Assembly: GCA_963928635.1 (NCBI GenBank)
Contig: CAWVFT010000039.1
Span: 1 to 56,017, forward strand
Length of the DNA stretch: 56,017 nt
Direction: 5' to 3'
Source of the DNA: Bacillota bacterium
GTDB taxonomy: Bacteria > Bacillota > Clostridia > TANB77 > CAG-508
Below the pieces are notes generated by a model, which was given only the letters and a program-made list of their open reading frames with translations, searched no databases and was not told the DNA's origin. Below, piece after piece: positions 1 to 8,317 of this stretch. Position 1 is the first letter of the stretch. Every line of letters starts with the position of its first letter. Both the position numbers and the translations under genes were made by a program.

Positions 1-2
1 TA

Positions 3-203
3 CCTGTAATTAATTTTCACGGATTAAGACATACAAATGCAAGTTTACTAGTTGCACAAAATGTTGATATAGCTGTTGTTTCTGCAAGACTAGGTCATGC
101 ACAAATAAGTACAACACTTGACTTTTATGTACATCCACTACTTTCTCATAATAGAAAAGCTGGATATGCACTAGAAAACTTACTATTACCAACAAGGTCT
201 TAA
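3..203 (+). CDS. Tyrosine recombinase / phage-type integrase, C-terminal fragment (gene starts left of the window)
   Basis: Frame +3 reads PVINFHGLRHTNASLLVAQNVDIAVVSARLGHAQISTTLDFYVHPLLSHNRK...*. This shows the HxLRHT box, the LGH box and the catalytic Tyr (FYVH) of tyrosine recombinases, with TAA at 201-203. It is missing from the ORF track because no start codon lies in the window. Confidence 0.8.
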   Translation, partial: PVINFHGLRHTNASLLVAQNVDIAVVSARLGHAQISTTLDFYVHPLLSHNRKAGYALENLLLPTRS

Positions 204-243
204 TTTCACTTTTTTCTAATTTTCACAAATTACAAATTTTCAC
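202..243 (+). repeat. Three direct copies of AATTT(T)CAC spaced 16-17 nt apart, just downstream of the integrase stop (candidate arm-type recombinase/Xis binding sites)
   Basis: aatttcac at 202-209, aattttcac at 218-226 and aattttcac at 235-243. A fourth copy lies at 12-20 inside the integrase ORF. Confidence 0.5.
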
Positions 244-383
244 GATATTAAAAAGTAAAAAACTTTGAGATTTTATATCTCTTTCCCAAAAGTTTTTTAC
301 TTGAAGATTTTAATAAAAATCATAAATTTATAGTACATTTTTTATTGAATTTTTATTAGATTTTCAGGCATTTGAGGTGTTTA

Positions 384-405
384 TTTTACCCAATTTTTAC
401 CCAAT
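384..405 (+). repeat. Perfect tandem duplication of the 11-mer TTTTACCCAAT
   Basis: ttttacccaat at 384-394 is followed directly by ttttacccaat at 395-405, about 95 nt from the att-like tRNA fragment. Confidence 0.6.
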
Positions 406-498
406 TCTACATAATATTGCTATTTTCAAGCATTATTGTAAACTGGTTGGGGCGCATAAAAAATCGCTACAACTTAGTTAGCTGTAACGATATAAGTT

Positions 499-544
499 TG
501 GTTGCGGGGGTAGGACTCGAACTTACGACCTTCGGGTTATGAGC
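499..544 (-). repeat. 46-nt duplicate of the 3' half of tRNA-fMet (att-type direct repeat, not a functional tRNA)
   Basis: tggttgcgggggtaGgactcgaacttacgacctTCgggttatgagc differs at 3 of 46 positions from 3037-3082 of the intact tRNA gene. Similarity stops abruptly after ...gagc. Confidence 0.85.
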
Positions 545-660
545 ATTTTAAGTATTTCGCCAATACTAAAAATAGTCTATATAATAAATCAAATGAACAG
601 CTATATGGCAGACAGGTGAAACTTAAAACCTCATTATATTTTAAGAAAGGAACATTAAAT

Positions 661-1308
661 ATGATAGGTAATCCAGTAGATTATGATAAAAAATTTAAAG
701 ATAAATTTCCAATATTTGCACCTAAGCTTGATGTAGAATTAAGAAGATATTTAAACCTAATACCCGGCAAAAACGTTCTAGATTTAGGAATAGGGCAAGG
801 TAGGAACTCTATTCCATTATCCGAATTAGAGTTTAATATTACAGGTGTAGATTACTCTACTAGATGTTTAGAAATATGTAGAAATTCTTGTTCTAAGTTG
901 AATTTGATTCAAAGCGATATAAGAAACTTTAATATAGAACCAGATAGATATGATTTAATTATTTCAAGATGTGTATTACATTTTTTGCATAAATCTGATA
1001 GTTATCAAATTATCAAAAATATTAAAAGTAATATTAAAAATAATGGTTTAGTCTATATTCAAGTATTTTCGTTAGAAGATCCTAAATATACTAAATTCTC
1101 TATATCTACTAACTTTGAAGTAATTGATAATAATATTTTACACAATAAAATTAATGATACATATGTTAGTTTCTTTACAAAAGAAGAAGTTTTAAAATTA
1201 TTCAATGATTTTAAAACAATTCTAATATCTGAAGAATATTGCTTAGACCAAGGTGGAGAAGCTCCGCATTATGCAGGTATAATAAAATATATTGGTCAAA
1301 AAATATAA
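661..1308 (+). CDS. Class I SAM-dependent methyltransferase (TehB-like)
   Basis: Motif I is VLDLGIGQGRNS, followed by an acidic residue at the end of beta-2 (GVDYS). I prefer ATG 661, which has an AAAGGA Shine-Dalgarno (SD) sequence 9 nt upstream, over the track's GTG 616, which has none. Confidence 0.7.
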   Translation: MIGNPVDYDKKFKDKFPIFAPKLDVELRRYLNLIPGKNVLDLGIGQGRNSIPLSELEFNITGVDYSTRCLEICRNSCSKLNLIQSDIRNFNIEPDRYDLIISRCVLHFLHKSDSYQIIKNIKSNIKNNGLVYIQVFSLEDPKYTKFSISTNFEVIDNNILHNKINDTYVSFFTKEEVLKLFNDFKTILISEEYCLDQGGEAPHYAGIIKYIGQKI

Positions 1309-1335
1309 ATAACAAGATACCTTAATGGAGGAAAT

Positions 1336-1797
1336 ATGTTAAAGATATATAATATAAAAGATAAGCAAGAATACCTAACGGAAATTGCTATACTTACTCA
1401 AAAAGAATGGGGCAAAAAAACTAATTCTAGAGGAAAATTAGAAGAAAAAATAGATAAGCAAATTTCTAAAATTATTAATAACTTAGATAATCCTTTATAT
1501 TGCAAATTAATTTTATTGGATAATGATATTTTAATAGGCTTTATATCTATATTTCCAACTGATTCAGATGAAAGGAAGGATTTATCTCCATGGTATGCCA
1601 CTATGTATGTAAAAGAGGAATTTAGAGGGAAAGGATATTCTAAAATACTTAATAATGCAATACTTCAAGAAGCAAAAAAGCGAGGCTTTAAGAAATTATA
1701 TCTAAAAACAGACTTAATTAATTATTACGAAAAATTCGGTGCGATATTTTTAGATACTTTAGATAGTGGTGAAAAATTATATTATTTTTCAATCTGA
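1336..1797 (+). CDS. GNAT family N-acetyltransferase
   Basis: Acetyl-CoA motif A is EEFRGKGYSKILNNAILQEAKKRGF, and the C-terminal YYEKFGA is typical of GNATs. A GGAGG SD precedes the ATG. Confidence 0.8.
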   Translation: MLKIYNIKDKQEYLTEIAILTQKEWGKKTNSRGKLEEKIDKQISKIINNLDNPLYCKLILLDNDILIGFISIFPTDSDERKDLSPWYATMYVKEEFRGKGYSKILNNAILQEAKKRGFKKLYLKTDLINYYEKFGAIFLDTLDSGEKLYYFSI

Positions 1798-1940
1798 ATC
1801 TTGAAATATGAATATATTTATGTATGCAAGTAAAAGAAAACGTGATATTTTAATTTTTCTAAGGTTTAAAAATATTAGTAAAATACCAGTATTAAAAATA
1901 AATATCAAACATCAATAAACCTATTTATTATACCTTTTAA

Positions 1941-2120
1941 ACAATAGTTGATGAAACTTCAATTGAATTAATTGGAGAACATGCGGAGTCAACTATAATA
2001 AAAAATATTAATTGTAAGAAAATCAATATAGAAGTTTTTGGTCCAAATAAAAAAGGATTAAATTTCTATGAAATGAACAATTATGTTATTAGAGATATAA
2101 TAGTTTTAAAAAGAATATAG
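1941..2120 (+). pseudogene. GNAT acetyltransferase C-terminal remnant
   Basis: The open frame reads ...KKINIEVFGPNKKGLNFYEMNNYVIRDIIVLKRI*, which looks like a GNAT C-terminus (xxFYExxGY). There is no N-terminal half or start codon. Confidence 0.4.
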
Positions 2121-2130
2121 GAGATGTCAT

Positions 2131-2326
2131 ATGAATATACAGTTAGATTATTCTTTTTCTATTAATAAATTTTTAGAAATGGTAGAATCCGTTGGTTAGA
2201 AAACTTATGCTAAGTCACAAGTTGAAAAAGCTTTAAAGTGTTGGTAATGAAGCTTTCTATGAAAAGGCAGGTTTTAAATATAAGCCAGACAAAATTACCG
2301 GTATGTACTTATGGATTAAAAAATAA
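2131..2326 (+). pseudogene. Disrupted GNAT acetyltransferase (in-frame stops plus a frameshift)
   Basis: ATG 2131 with an AGGAG SD gives MNIQLDYSFSINKFLEMVESVG*KTYAKSQVEKALKCW*. A shifted frame then reads EAFYEKAGFKYKPDKITGMYLWIKK*, a canonical GNAT C-terminus. The track's ORF 2238-2768 fuses this debris to the NUDIX gene. Confidence 0.5.
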
Positions 2327-2345
2327 TGGAAGGAGTTTTAATTTT

Positions 2346-2768
2346 ATGGACAAATTTAAAGAAATAAGACCAATAGCTTTAGGTCTTGCTATTAAAAACA
2401 ATAAACTACTCGTTTCAGAAGGTTTTGACAAAGTAAAAAACGAAACATTTTACAGATGTTTAGGTGGAGGTATTGAGTTTCAAGAAAAGGGCGAAGATGC
2501 TCTAAAACGTGAATTTTTGGAGGAAATCAATGTTAATATTACAGTTAAAAATTTCTTAGGAATATCTGAAAACATATTTACATATCAAGGAAAAAAAGCT
2601 CATGAATTAATTTTATTTTATTCAATTGATATATCTGATGAGAATTATCAAGACGAATATAAAGTAATAGATGACCATGGTGAAACTATTGCCAAATGGA
2701 TAAATATTGAAGAATTTAAAAACAAAAACAAAATTTTATATCCTGGAGAAATATTTAAATATCTTTAA
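2346..2768 (+). CDS. NUDIX hydrolase
   Basis: The Nudix box GGGIEFQEKGEDALKREFLEEINV fits GX5EX7REUXEEXGU. The start is taken at ATG 2346, after a GGAGG SD. Confidence 0.8.
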   Translation: MDKFKEIRPIALGLAIKNNKLLVSEGFDKVKNETFYRCLGGGIEFQEKGEDALKREFLEEINVNITVKNFLGISENIFTYQGKKAHELILFYSIDISDENYQDEYKVIDDHGETIAKWINIEEFKNKNKILYPGEIFKYL

Positions 2769-3036
2769 TATTTATATTGTGAATTCACTTAATATTTTAC
2801 TACTAAGTTTTAGCTGTTTATTCCGTTATAAGAATTTATATTTTTTGATAATATTAAGAAAGGCATTTCGCTAAGCAAGTCTTTGTAGCATGTGCGAAAT
2901 ACATACCATTCGCTTTGCTCGGGCGGATTAAGGTAGCCTAACCTTGTTGTATACGGTAAAATCCATATAAGGTCAAGAAAAAAGACGATTTTTCCTATAC
3001 AATAAAAACAGCTAGCCTATTTAGCTAACTGCAATG

Positions 3037-3112
3037 TGGTTGCGGGGGTAAGACTCGAACTTACGACCTCAGGGTTATGAGCCCTGCGAGCTGCCAACTG
3101 CTCCACCCCGCG
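3037..3112 (-). tRNA. Initiator tRNA-fMet (anticodon CAT)
   Basis: The reverse complement is CGCGGGGTGGAGCAGTTGGCAGCTCGCAGGGCTCATAACCCTGAGGTCGTAAGTTCGAGTCTTACCCCCGCAACCA. It has the C1:A72 mismatch and three G:C pairs closing the anticodon stem (GGG/CCC), both hallmarks of bacterial initiator tRNA. CCA is encoded. Confidence 0.95.
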
Positions 3113-3134
3113 ATATTTAATTTGTACATTATTA

Positions 3135-3163
3135 ATTATACTATCATTAATAATTATTGTCAA
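3135..3163 (-). promoter_or_regulatory. Consensus sigma-A promoter for tRNA-fMet
   Basis: The minus strand reads TTGACA-17 nt-TATAAT. The -10 element ends about 22 nt upstream of the tRNA 5' end. Confidence 0.7.
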
Positions 3164-3287
3164 CACTTTTAAGCTATTTTTTGCTTATTTGAGGCTTATT
3201 TTTACTTATTTTAAATTTCTTTTTACTATTATATTCCATTTTTTTTATTTTATTCGTATTTATTATACTTGTACAAAATTAAAATCA

Positions 3288-3410
3288 CAAAAATTGCCAA
3301 AAAGCCCATCCCCTTTGGCACTCTCTGGCAAAACTTTTTAATTTAACATTTTAGGTCTGTCCCCAAAATCCCTATGTATAGGGATTTTGAGATACGTCCC
3401 TAAATCCCCA
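3288..3410. repeat. Cluster of GGGGAC-family intergenic motifs with a hairpin
   Basis: aggtctgtcccc (3353-3364), the hairpin aaaatccct/agggatttt (3365-3388), and gagatacgtccctaaatccc (3389-3408), which is the exact reverse complement of 39846-39865. A GCCAAAGGG-type motif is also present on the opposite strand, read as cccctttggc (3310-3319), within a stretch related to the longer motif at 36321. The last codons and the stop of the P-type ATPase lie inside the repeat. Confidence 0.8.
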
Positions 3411-5730
3411 TTTTCTTGTACATTTTTTCTTTTGCAATTATTATTATTGTGCTTACTACTGCTAATATTGCAAATATTCCAAATTCTTGCATGCTTATTG
3501 GTGATACTTCTAATATTTTGTTGAATAAGAATACTGCTAAGAAGAATCCTATAAATGTTGTTGTAAATAAGAATGCATGTAGTTTATTAAATGGTCTGCA
3601 TACTTCTAATACTGCTAATATGCTTACATATCCTATAAGTAGGTACATTATTGTTACTAATGGTCCTTGTGCTATTCCTAATGTTGGTCCTAATAATGTT
3701 AATAGTATTATATTGAATATTATGACGAGTGCAAATGGCATTGCATTTCGTATTACCTTTACCAGGAATGAGCCTCTTACTGGTTTTCCGTTTGGTTCGA
3801 ATGATATGAAGAATGATGTATATCCTTCTATTATTAAATCTATTAATGTTATTTGTATTGGTAAGAACGGAAATGCTGTGTTTGTTACTATACAGAACAA
3901 TGATAATAACATTGAGTATATTGTTTTTATAAAGAATATTCTTGCTGTATTTGTTAGATTATTTACTACTCTTCTTCCTTCCATTAATATATCTTTTAAT
4001 ACACTGAAATCTGGGTTTAGCAATACTATTTGTGATACTTGTTTTGCTGCATCATTTGCTTCTGGTAATGTTATACTACAGTCTGCTTCTCTTAATGCTA
4101 TTACGTCATTTACTCCGTCTCCTGTCATTGCTACTTTATGTCCTTTTGCTTGTAATGCTTTTACAAGTATGCTTTTTTGATGTGGTAATACTCTCGCAAA
4201 TATGCTATATTTATCCACTATATCTACTATTTCTGCATCTGATTTTATTGTTGATAAATCTATATATGATTTGTAATTTTCTAATCCTGCTCTTCTTGCT
4301 ATTGTTGATACTGTTATAGGGTTGTCCCCTGAAATTATTTTTATATCTACATCTTGTGTTTTAAAATATCCTAACATTTCTTTTGCATTTTTTCTTAATG
4401 GGTCTGTTAGTATTACTGATGCTACTATGTCTAATTCTGGCAATTCTTCTATGCTTATTCCATTTTTTGTATATGCTATGCATAATGCTCTTTTTCCATC
4501 TTTTTGTGCTTGTGTTACTATTTTTGGTAATTCTTTTTCATGGCTTTTTTCTATTAATCTTTCTGGAGCCCCAACTATTACTGTTCCTATATTTCTAAAT
4601 GTTATACTACTCCATTTTCTTTCTGAAGAAAATGATATATCTGATATTTTTTCTAGCTTGTAGTCTCCTTTATAGTGTTCTTCTAATGCTTTAAATGTTG
4701 CGTTACTATCATCTGCTTCTTTTACATATGCTTGCATTATTTTTTCTAATGCTATTGGTAATATTTCTTCATTATATGTTTCTACTTCTGTTACTCTCAT
4801 TTTTCCTTCTGTTATTGTACCTGTTTTGTCCAAACATAGAGTATCTATATGTGCTAAACTTTCTACACTATATAAATCTTGTACCAATACTTGCTTTTTA
4901 GCTAATTTTATTACTCCTGACTCTAGTGCTATACTTGTTAGTAATACAAATCCTTTTGGTAGCATTCCAAGTAGTCCTGCTGCTGTTGCTATTACTGCAC
5001 TTTGTAATTCTGTTTGTCTAAATATATATGCTTGTATGAATAGTATAATTCCTACTGGAATGATTATAAAGCTTGTAAAATTTGTTACTTTTTTCATTGA
5101 GTTTAAAAGTTCAGAGTTTATAGGTTTGCTTTTTTGACTTGCTCCTATTATTTGGTTTGCAAAGTTGTCTTCTCCTACTTTTTCTACCTTTGCATAACAT
5201 TTTCCACTTACTACATAGCTTCCTGATAATAATTTATAGTCTTTTGTTTTTAGTATTGTGTCTGATTCTCCTGTAAGTAGTGCTTCATTTACTTCTATTT
5301 CGCCTTCTAATACATATGCATCTGATGGTATTTGATCTCCTTGTTCTAGTAATATAATGTCATCTATTACTATTTCATTTATATCTATTTCTTGTATTTT
5401 TGAATCTCTTATGACTTTTGTTTTTATTGCCGTTAATATTGATAGTTTTTTTACTAGATTTCTTCCATGTATTTCTTGAATTATTCCTATTAATACATTT
5501 ATGGCTATTATTACTATAAATACCATGTTTGTATATGCTTGTACACATCCAAGAGCTATGGCTATTATTAGGTTGAATAAGTTAAATAATGTGCATACAT
5601 TGTCTTTTATTATTTGTCCATTTGTTTTTAAGTTTTGATTTTCGTATATATTTACTTTTCCTTCTTTTTTTCTTTGTTCTACTTCTTCACTTGTTAATCC
5701 TTTTAATTCTTTTTCCATATTTAAGAACAT
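3400..5730 (-). CDS. P-type (HAD-IC) cation-transporting ATPase
   Basis: LTGESD actuator motif, CLDKTGTITEG phosphorylation site, MTGDGVNDVIAL hinge and multiple TM segments. The start could be the second Met (MEKEL) instead. Confidence 0.9.
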   Translation of the reverse strand: MFLNMEKELKGLTSEEVEQRKKEGKVNIYENQNLKTNGQIIKDNVCTLFNLFNLIIAIALGCVQAYTNMVFIVIIAINVLIGIIQEIHGRNLVKKLSILTAIKTKVIRDSKIQEIDINEIVIDDIILLEQGDQIPSDAYVLEGEIEVNEALLTGESDTILKTKDYKLLSGSYVVSGKCYAKVEKVGEDNFANQIIGASQKSKPINSELLNSMKKVTNFTSFIIIPVGIILFIQAYIFRQTELQSAVIATAAGLLGMLPKGFVLLTSIALESGVIKLAKKQVLVQDLYSVESLAHIDTLCLDKTGTITEGKMRVTEVETYNEEILPIALEKIMQAYVKEADDSNATFKALEEHYKGDYKLEKISDISFSSERKWSSITFRNIGTVIVGAPERLIEKSHEKELPKIVTQAQKDGKRALCIAYTKNGISIEELPELDIVASVILTDPLRKNAKEMLGYFKTQDVDIKIISGDNPITVSTIARRAGLENYKSYIDLSTIKSDAEIVDIVDKYSIFARVLPHQKSILVKALQAKGHKVAMTGDGVNDVIALREADCSITLPEANDAAKQVSQIVLLNPDFSVLKDILMEGRRVVNNLTNTARIFFIKTIYSMLLSLFCIVTNTAFPFLPIQITLIDLIIEGYTSFFISFEPNGKPVRGSFLVKVIRNAMPFALVIIFNIILLTLLGPTLGIAQGPLVTIMYLLIGYVSILAVLEVCRPFNKLHAFLFTTTFIGFFLAVFLFNKILEVSPISMQEFGIFAILAVVSTIIIIAKEKMYKKMGI

Positions 5731-5736
5731 TCCTCT

Positions 5737-6360
5737 CTATTTTATAAATATTTCAACTTTTTTGTTTTTTACTAATTTTTCAAATTTTAGTCCATCTGCT
5801 TTGTCTCCTATTATTAAACCATAATGTGTTGGTACTACTGTTTTTGCTTTTATTATGTTTGCAAGTTCTGCCGCTTCTTCACAATTCATTGTGAATTTTC
5901 CACCTATTGGTATAAATGCTACATCACATTCTATATTGTGTAATTTTTCTATATTATCTGTATCTCCCGCTATATAATACTTCATACCTTCAAAATCTAT
6001 TATAAATCCTACCCATATATTTTCTTCTGGGTGAAATGGTTTATTAATATTGTATGCATATGTTGTTTTGAAACTAATATCATCTATGCTGTACTCTTTT
6101 TCTGGCTCTACTATTAATACATTATTTTCTCCAACCAATTTTTTTGCTTCTTCTTTTGATGATTCTACTGTTATTATTTTTGTGTTTTCTTTCATTACTT
6201 TTTTTATATCTTCTTCTGAAAAATGGTCATAATGTGAATGTGTGCAAAAAATGTAATCTGCATCATTATAATTTTTTTCTATTTTATATGGGTCTATATA
6301 TATAACCTTATTTCCTTCGATTTTTATACTGTTATGACATAATAATTGGTATCTTGCCAT
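5737..6360 (-). CDS. MBL-fold metallo-hydrolase
   Basis: HSHYDH (HxHxDH) zinc-binding motif. Only 6 nt separate it from the ATPase start. Confidence 0.8.
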   Translation of the reverse strand: MARYQLLCHNSIKIEGNKVIYIDPYKIEKNYNDADYIFCTHSHYDHFSEEDIKKVMKENTKIITVESSKEEAKKLVGENNVLIVEPEKEYSIDDISFKTTYAYNINKPFHPEENIWVGFIIDFEGMKYYIAGDTDNIEKLHNIECDVAFIPIGGKFTMNCEEAAELANIIKAKTVVPTHYGLIIGDKADGLKFEKLVKNKKVEIFIK

Positions 6361-6390
6361 TTTATCATCTCCTATACATTTATTATATAA

Positions 6391-7323
6391 TTAATTATTT
6401 TCTAAAAAGTTTTGTATTTCACTTGCTAGTTGTTCTTCTTTTCCTTTATAACTATGGTTTGCACCATCTATGTAGTTTACATCTAAATTCTTATTTTGTA
6501 TTTTTGCTCTTAAATTTTTACACAAATCTTCTGCATTCTGTAAAATTAGTTCTTTATTATTTCCCCATCTCATAAATAGTGGTATTTTTATATTGTTTAA
6601 CTCTTTAAAATCATATTCTGTTTCTGAATATCGTGCAAAATCTATGTTTTGGTAATCTCTTGCATATTTTAAAAATGTTTTTACACTTACTGGATGTATG
6701 AATGTTCCTTCTGGCATTAATATATTTTCCATTCCTGCTTTTTCCATGTCTTTTGCATATTTTAATGTTTCTGGAAATCTATCATTTAAATATATCCTTA
6801 TTGCTGTTGGTATATCCACTAATGATAATATTATTAATGCTTTTATGTTTTTTGTTAATTCTGGTTCTTTTTCTATCATTTTATTGTATGTATATATTGC
6901 TTTTGTTGAACCTAGACTATGACCCATTAGGTATATTTCTTTATATCCTTTTTCTAGTGCATATTTTACTGCTCCACAAATGTCATAATATCCGTCTTCT
7001 ACATTTTCAAATGCTGTTCCTGATATTGCTTTTTCTCCATTTGCCTTTTTTATATAATTTATAATGTCATGACCCCTATTATTAAATGTTAATGTGTCTA
7101 TTTCTATATCTTTTATTTTGTTTGCTATTATTTCATTTCTCTTTTTTAGGCAATTTGATGCCATTCCATGTACTGATATTAGTATTTTGTCTGCATTTTC
7201 TTTACTTTTATATATTATTCCAGATAAGCTTACTCCATCACTCGCTTTGAAATATATTGTTTCTACATTCATTTTGTCTTCTTTCGAATTTTGTTTTTCT
7301 GCATCTAATTTTGTATCTGTCAT
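6391..7323 (-). CDS. Alpha/beta hydrolase
   Basis: GHSLGS nucleophile elbow (GxSxG). Its ATG overlaps the Fic stop as ATGA at 7320-7323. Confidence 0.7.
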   Translation of the reverse strand: MTDTKLDAEKQNSKEDKMNVETIYFKASDGVSLSGIIYKSKENADKILISVHGMASNCLKKRNEIIANKIKDIEIDTLTFNNRGHDIINYIKKANGEKAISGTAFENVEDGYYDICGAVKYALEKGYKEIYLMGHSLGSTKAIYTYNKMIEKEPELTKNIKALIILSLVDIPTAIRIYLNDRFPETLKYAKDMEKAGMENILMPEGTFIHPVSVKTFLKYARDYQNIDFARYSETEYDFKELNNIKIPLFMRWGNNKELILQNAEDLCKNLRAKIQNKNLDVNYIDGANHSYKGKEEQLASEIQNFLENN

Positions 7324-7967
7324 CTATCTTCCTCTCTTTCTTCTTTTTTTCCAAATTTTATTGAGTCTCTTATAATATTATTCAAATATTTGTATTCTGC
7401 ATATTGGCCATCTGATGCTTTAACAAATGCGTTCCTCACATATCCAAAGTGCTTTAATATTATATCTTCATTCATTTCAAATCCATGTTCTTTTGCAAAT
7501 TTGAATGCATACACCATAGTTGTCCTTGTGTTTCCATCTCTAAATGGATGTACTTGCCATAGCCCTGCTAAATTTTTTGTAAATTCTATTGCTTTTTCTT
7601 CTATGTTTTTCTCTTCCCAATTAATACTATTTAGTTTTTCTATATATTCTCTTGTTTTAGGTTCTATCTCTTTTGGATATGCATATCTTATTGTATCTCC
7701 CCCTAATATTACTTCTGGCTTTTCCATAGGCACTGTCCTAAATTCTCCTGCCCACTCAAAAATATCTTCTAGTATATATTTATGTATGTTTTTTATGTAT
7801 TCTATGTTAAAACCATCAAACTTTATATCTTTTTCAGCTGTTAATAGTTTGGCAAATGTTATATCTGCTTCTGCCTGCCTTAATTCTTCGTAATCTTTTA
7901 TTCCTAGTTTGTTTATTAATGTTCCTGTTTCTTCATAAATATATGGATCTTTCATTTTAAAATCCAT
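7320..7967 (-). CDS. Fic/Fido family protein with a non-canonical active-site motif
   Basis: The N-terminal DPYIYEETGTLINKLGI resembles the Fic/VbhT type. The active-site loop is HPFRDGNTRTTM (7515-7550), against the canonical HxFx(D/E)GNGRxxR. The start may be Met5 instead (SD spacing). Confidence 0.8.
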   Translation of the reverse strand: MDFKMKDPYIYEETGTLINKLGIKDYEELRQAEADITFAKLLTAEKDIKFDGFNIEYIKNIHKYILEDIFEWAGEFRTVPMEKPEVILGGDTIRYAYPKEIEPKTREYIEKLNSINWEEKNIEEKAIEFTKNLAGLWQVHPFRDGNTRTTMVYAFKFAKEHGFEMNEDIILKHFGYVRNAFVKASDGQYAEYKYLNNIIRDSIKFGKKEEREEDR

Positions 7968-8002
7968 TCCTTTCTCGTTTTTTTGCTTGCAAAAAGTATT
8001 TT

Positions 8003-8203
8003 TTAATTTAATCTTTTATATTTATCTAATATCTTTTTTTGTATTTCTTCTATTTCTATTTTTCCATCTATGTATTCTTTTGCTAAGTTTAATGCAAAGT
8101 CACTTGGCATTTTTGTTCCTGTTAAACTAATTCCTAATGCTTTTTTTACTATTTTTTTTCTTTCTTCTTTTGATGTTTCAGATATTTTATATTTATTCTC
8201 CAT
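8003..8203 (-). CDS. Small 66-aa protein upstream of Fic (VbhA-antitoxin-like position and size; assignment tentative)
   Basis: A good SD (AAAGGGA, 7-nt spacer) and 35 nt between it and Fic. The layout ...ALGISLTGTKMPSDFALNLAKEYIDGKIEIEEI... loosely resembles VbhA-type antitoxins, but I find no (S/T)xxxE(G/N) motif. Confidence 0.45.
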   Translation of the reverse strand: MENKYKISETSKEERKKIVKKALGISLTGTKMPSDFALNLAKEYIDGKIEIEEIQKKILDKYKRLN

Positions 8204-8317
8204 TTTTGTTTCCCTTTCTGTGAATAAATTACAAATCTATATGTTTTTTCTATTGTTTTACTCATATAAAATTTACAAAATTGTTTTTTGTAAAAACTTA
8301 TATATCTACCTATAAAA

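Larger units (their letters stand above)
499..3082. mobile_element. Integrase-less islet bracketed by direct copies of the tRNA-fMet 3' half (decayed island or cis-mobilizable-element-like unit)
   Basis: Flanking 46-nt direct repeats at 499-544 and 3037-3082. Cargo is accessory-type genes (methyltransferase, GNAT, NUDIX) plus two GNAT pseudogene remnants, with no recombinase inside. The integrase gene lies outside, left of the distal repeat. Confidence 0.45.

Noticed and set aside
616-660. The track's GTG 616 start for the methyltransferase, and similar upstream extensions (2238 for NUDIX, 21770 for XRE, 31939 for the NRPS, 36351 for the HK, 38713 for the RR, 47953 for dapA, 51940 for the CBM-like protein, 46774 for corA, 53213 for the SDR)
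   Set aside because: In each case a downstream ATG is preceded by a well-spaced Shine-Dalgarno sequence. The upstream extension either lacks one or overlaps a promoter, a repeat or pseudogene debris.
361-3220. Similarity between 361-400 (catttgaggtgtttattttac) and 3195-3215 (tatttgaggcttatttttac) as a further att arm
   Set aside because: The match is short and AT-rich, and the two copies lie on non-equivalent sides of the tRNA sequences. It is probably chance.
3416-5137. A series of plus-strand ORFs (254, 95, 113, 71, 68 and 103 aa) inside the P-type ATPase locus
   Set aside because: They are antisense to a long ORF with clear P-type ATPase motifs. Their translations are low-complexity and rich in L, F and I, as expected for antisense frames of AT-rich coding DNA. 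None has an SD.
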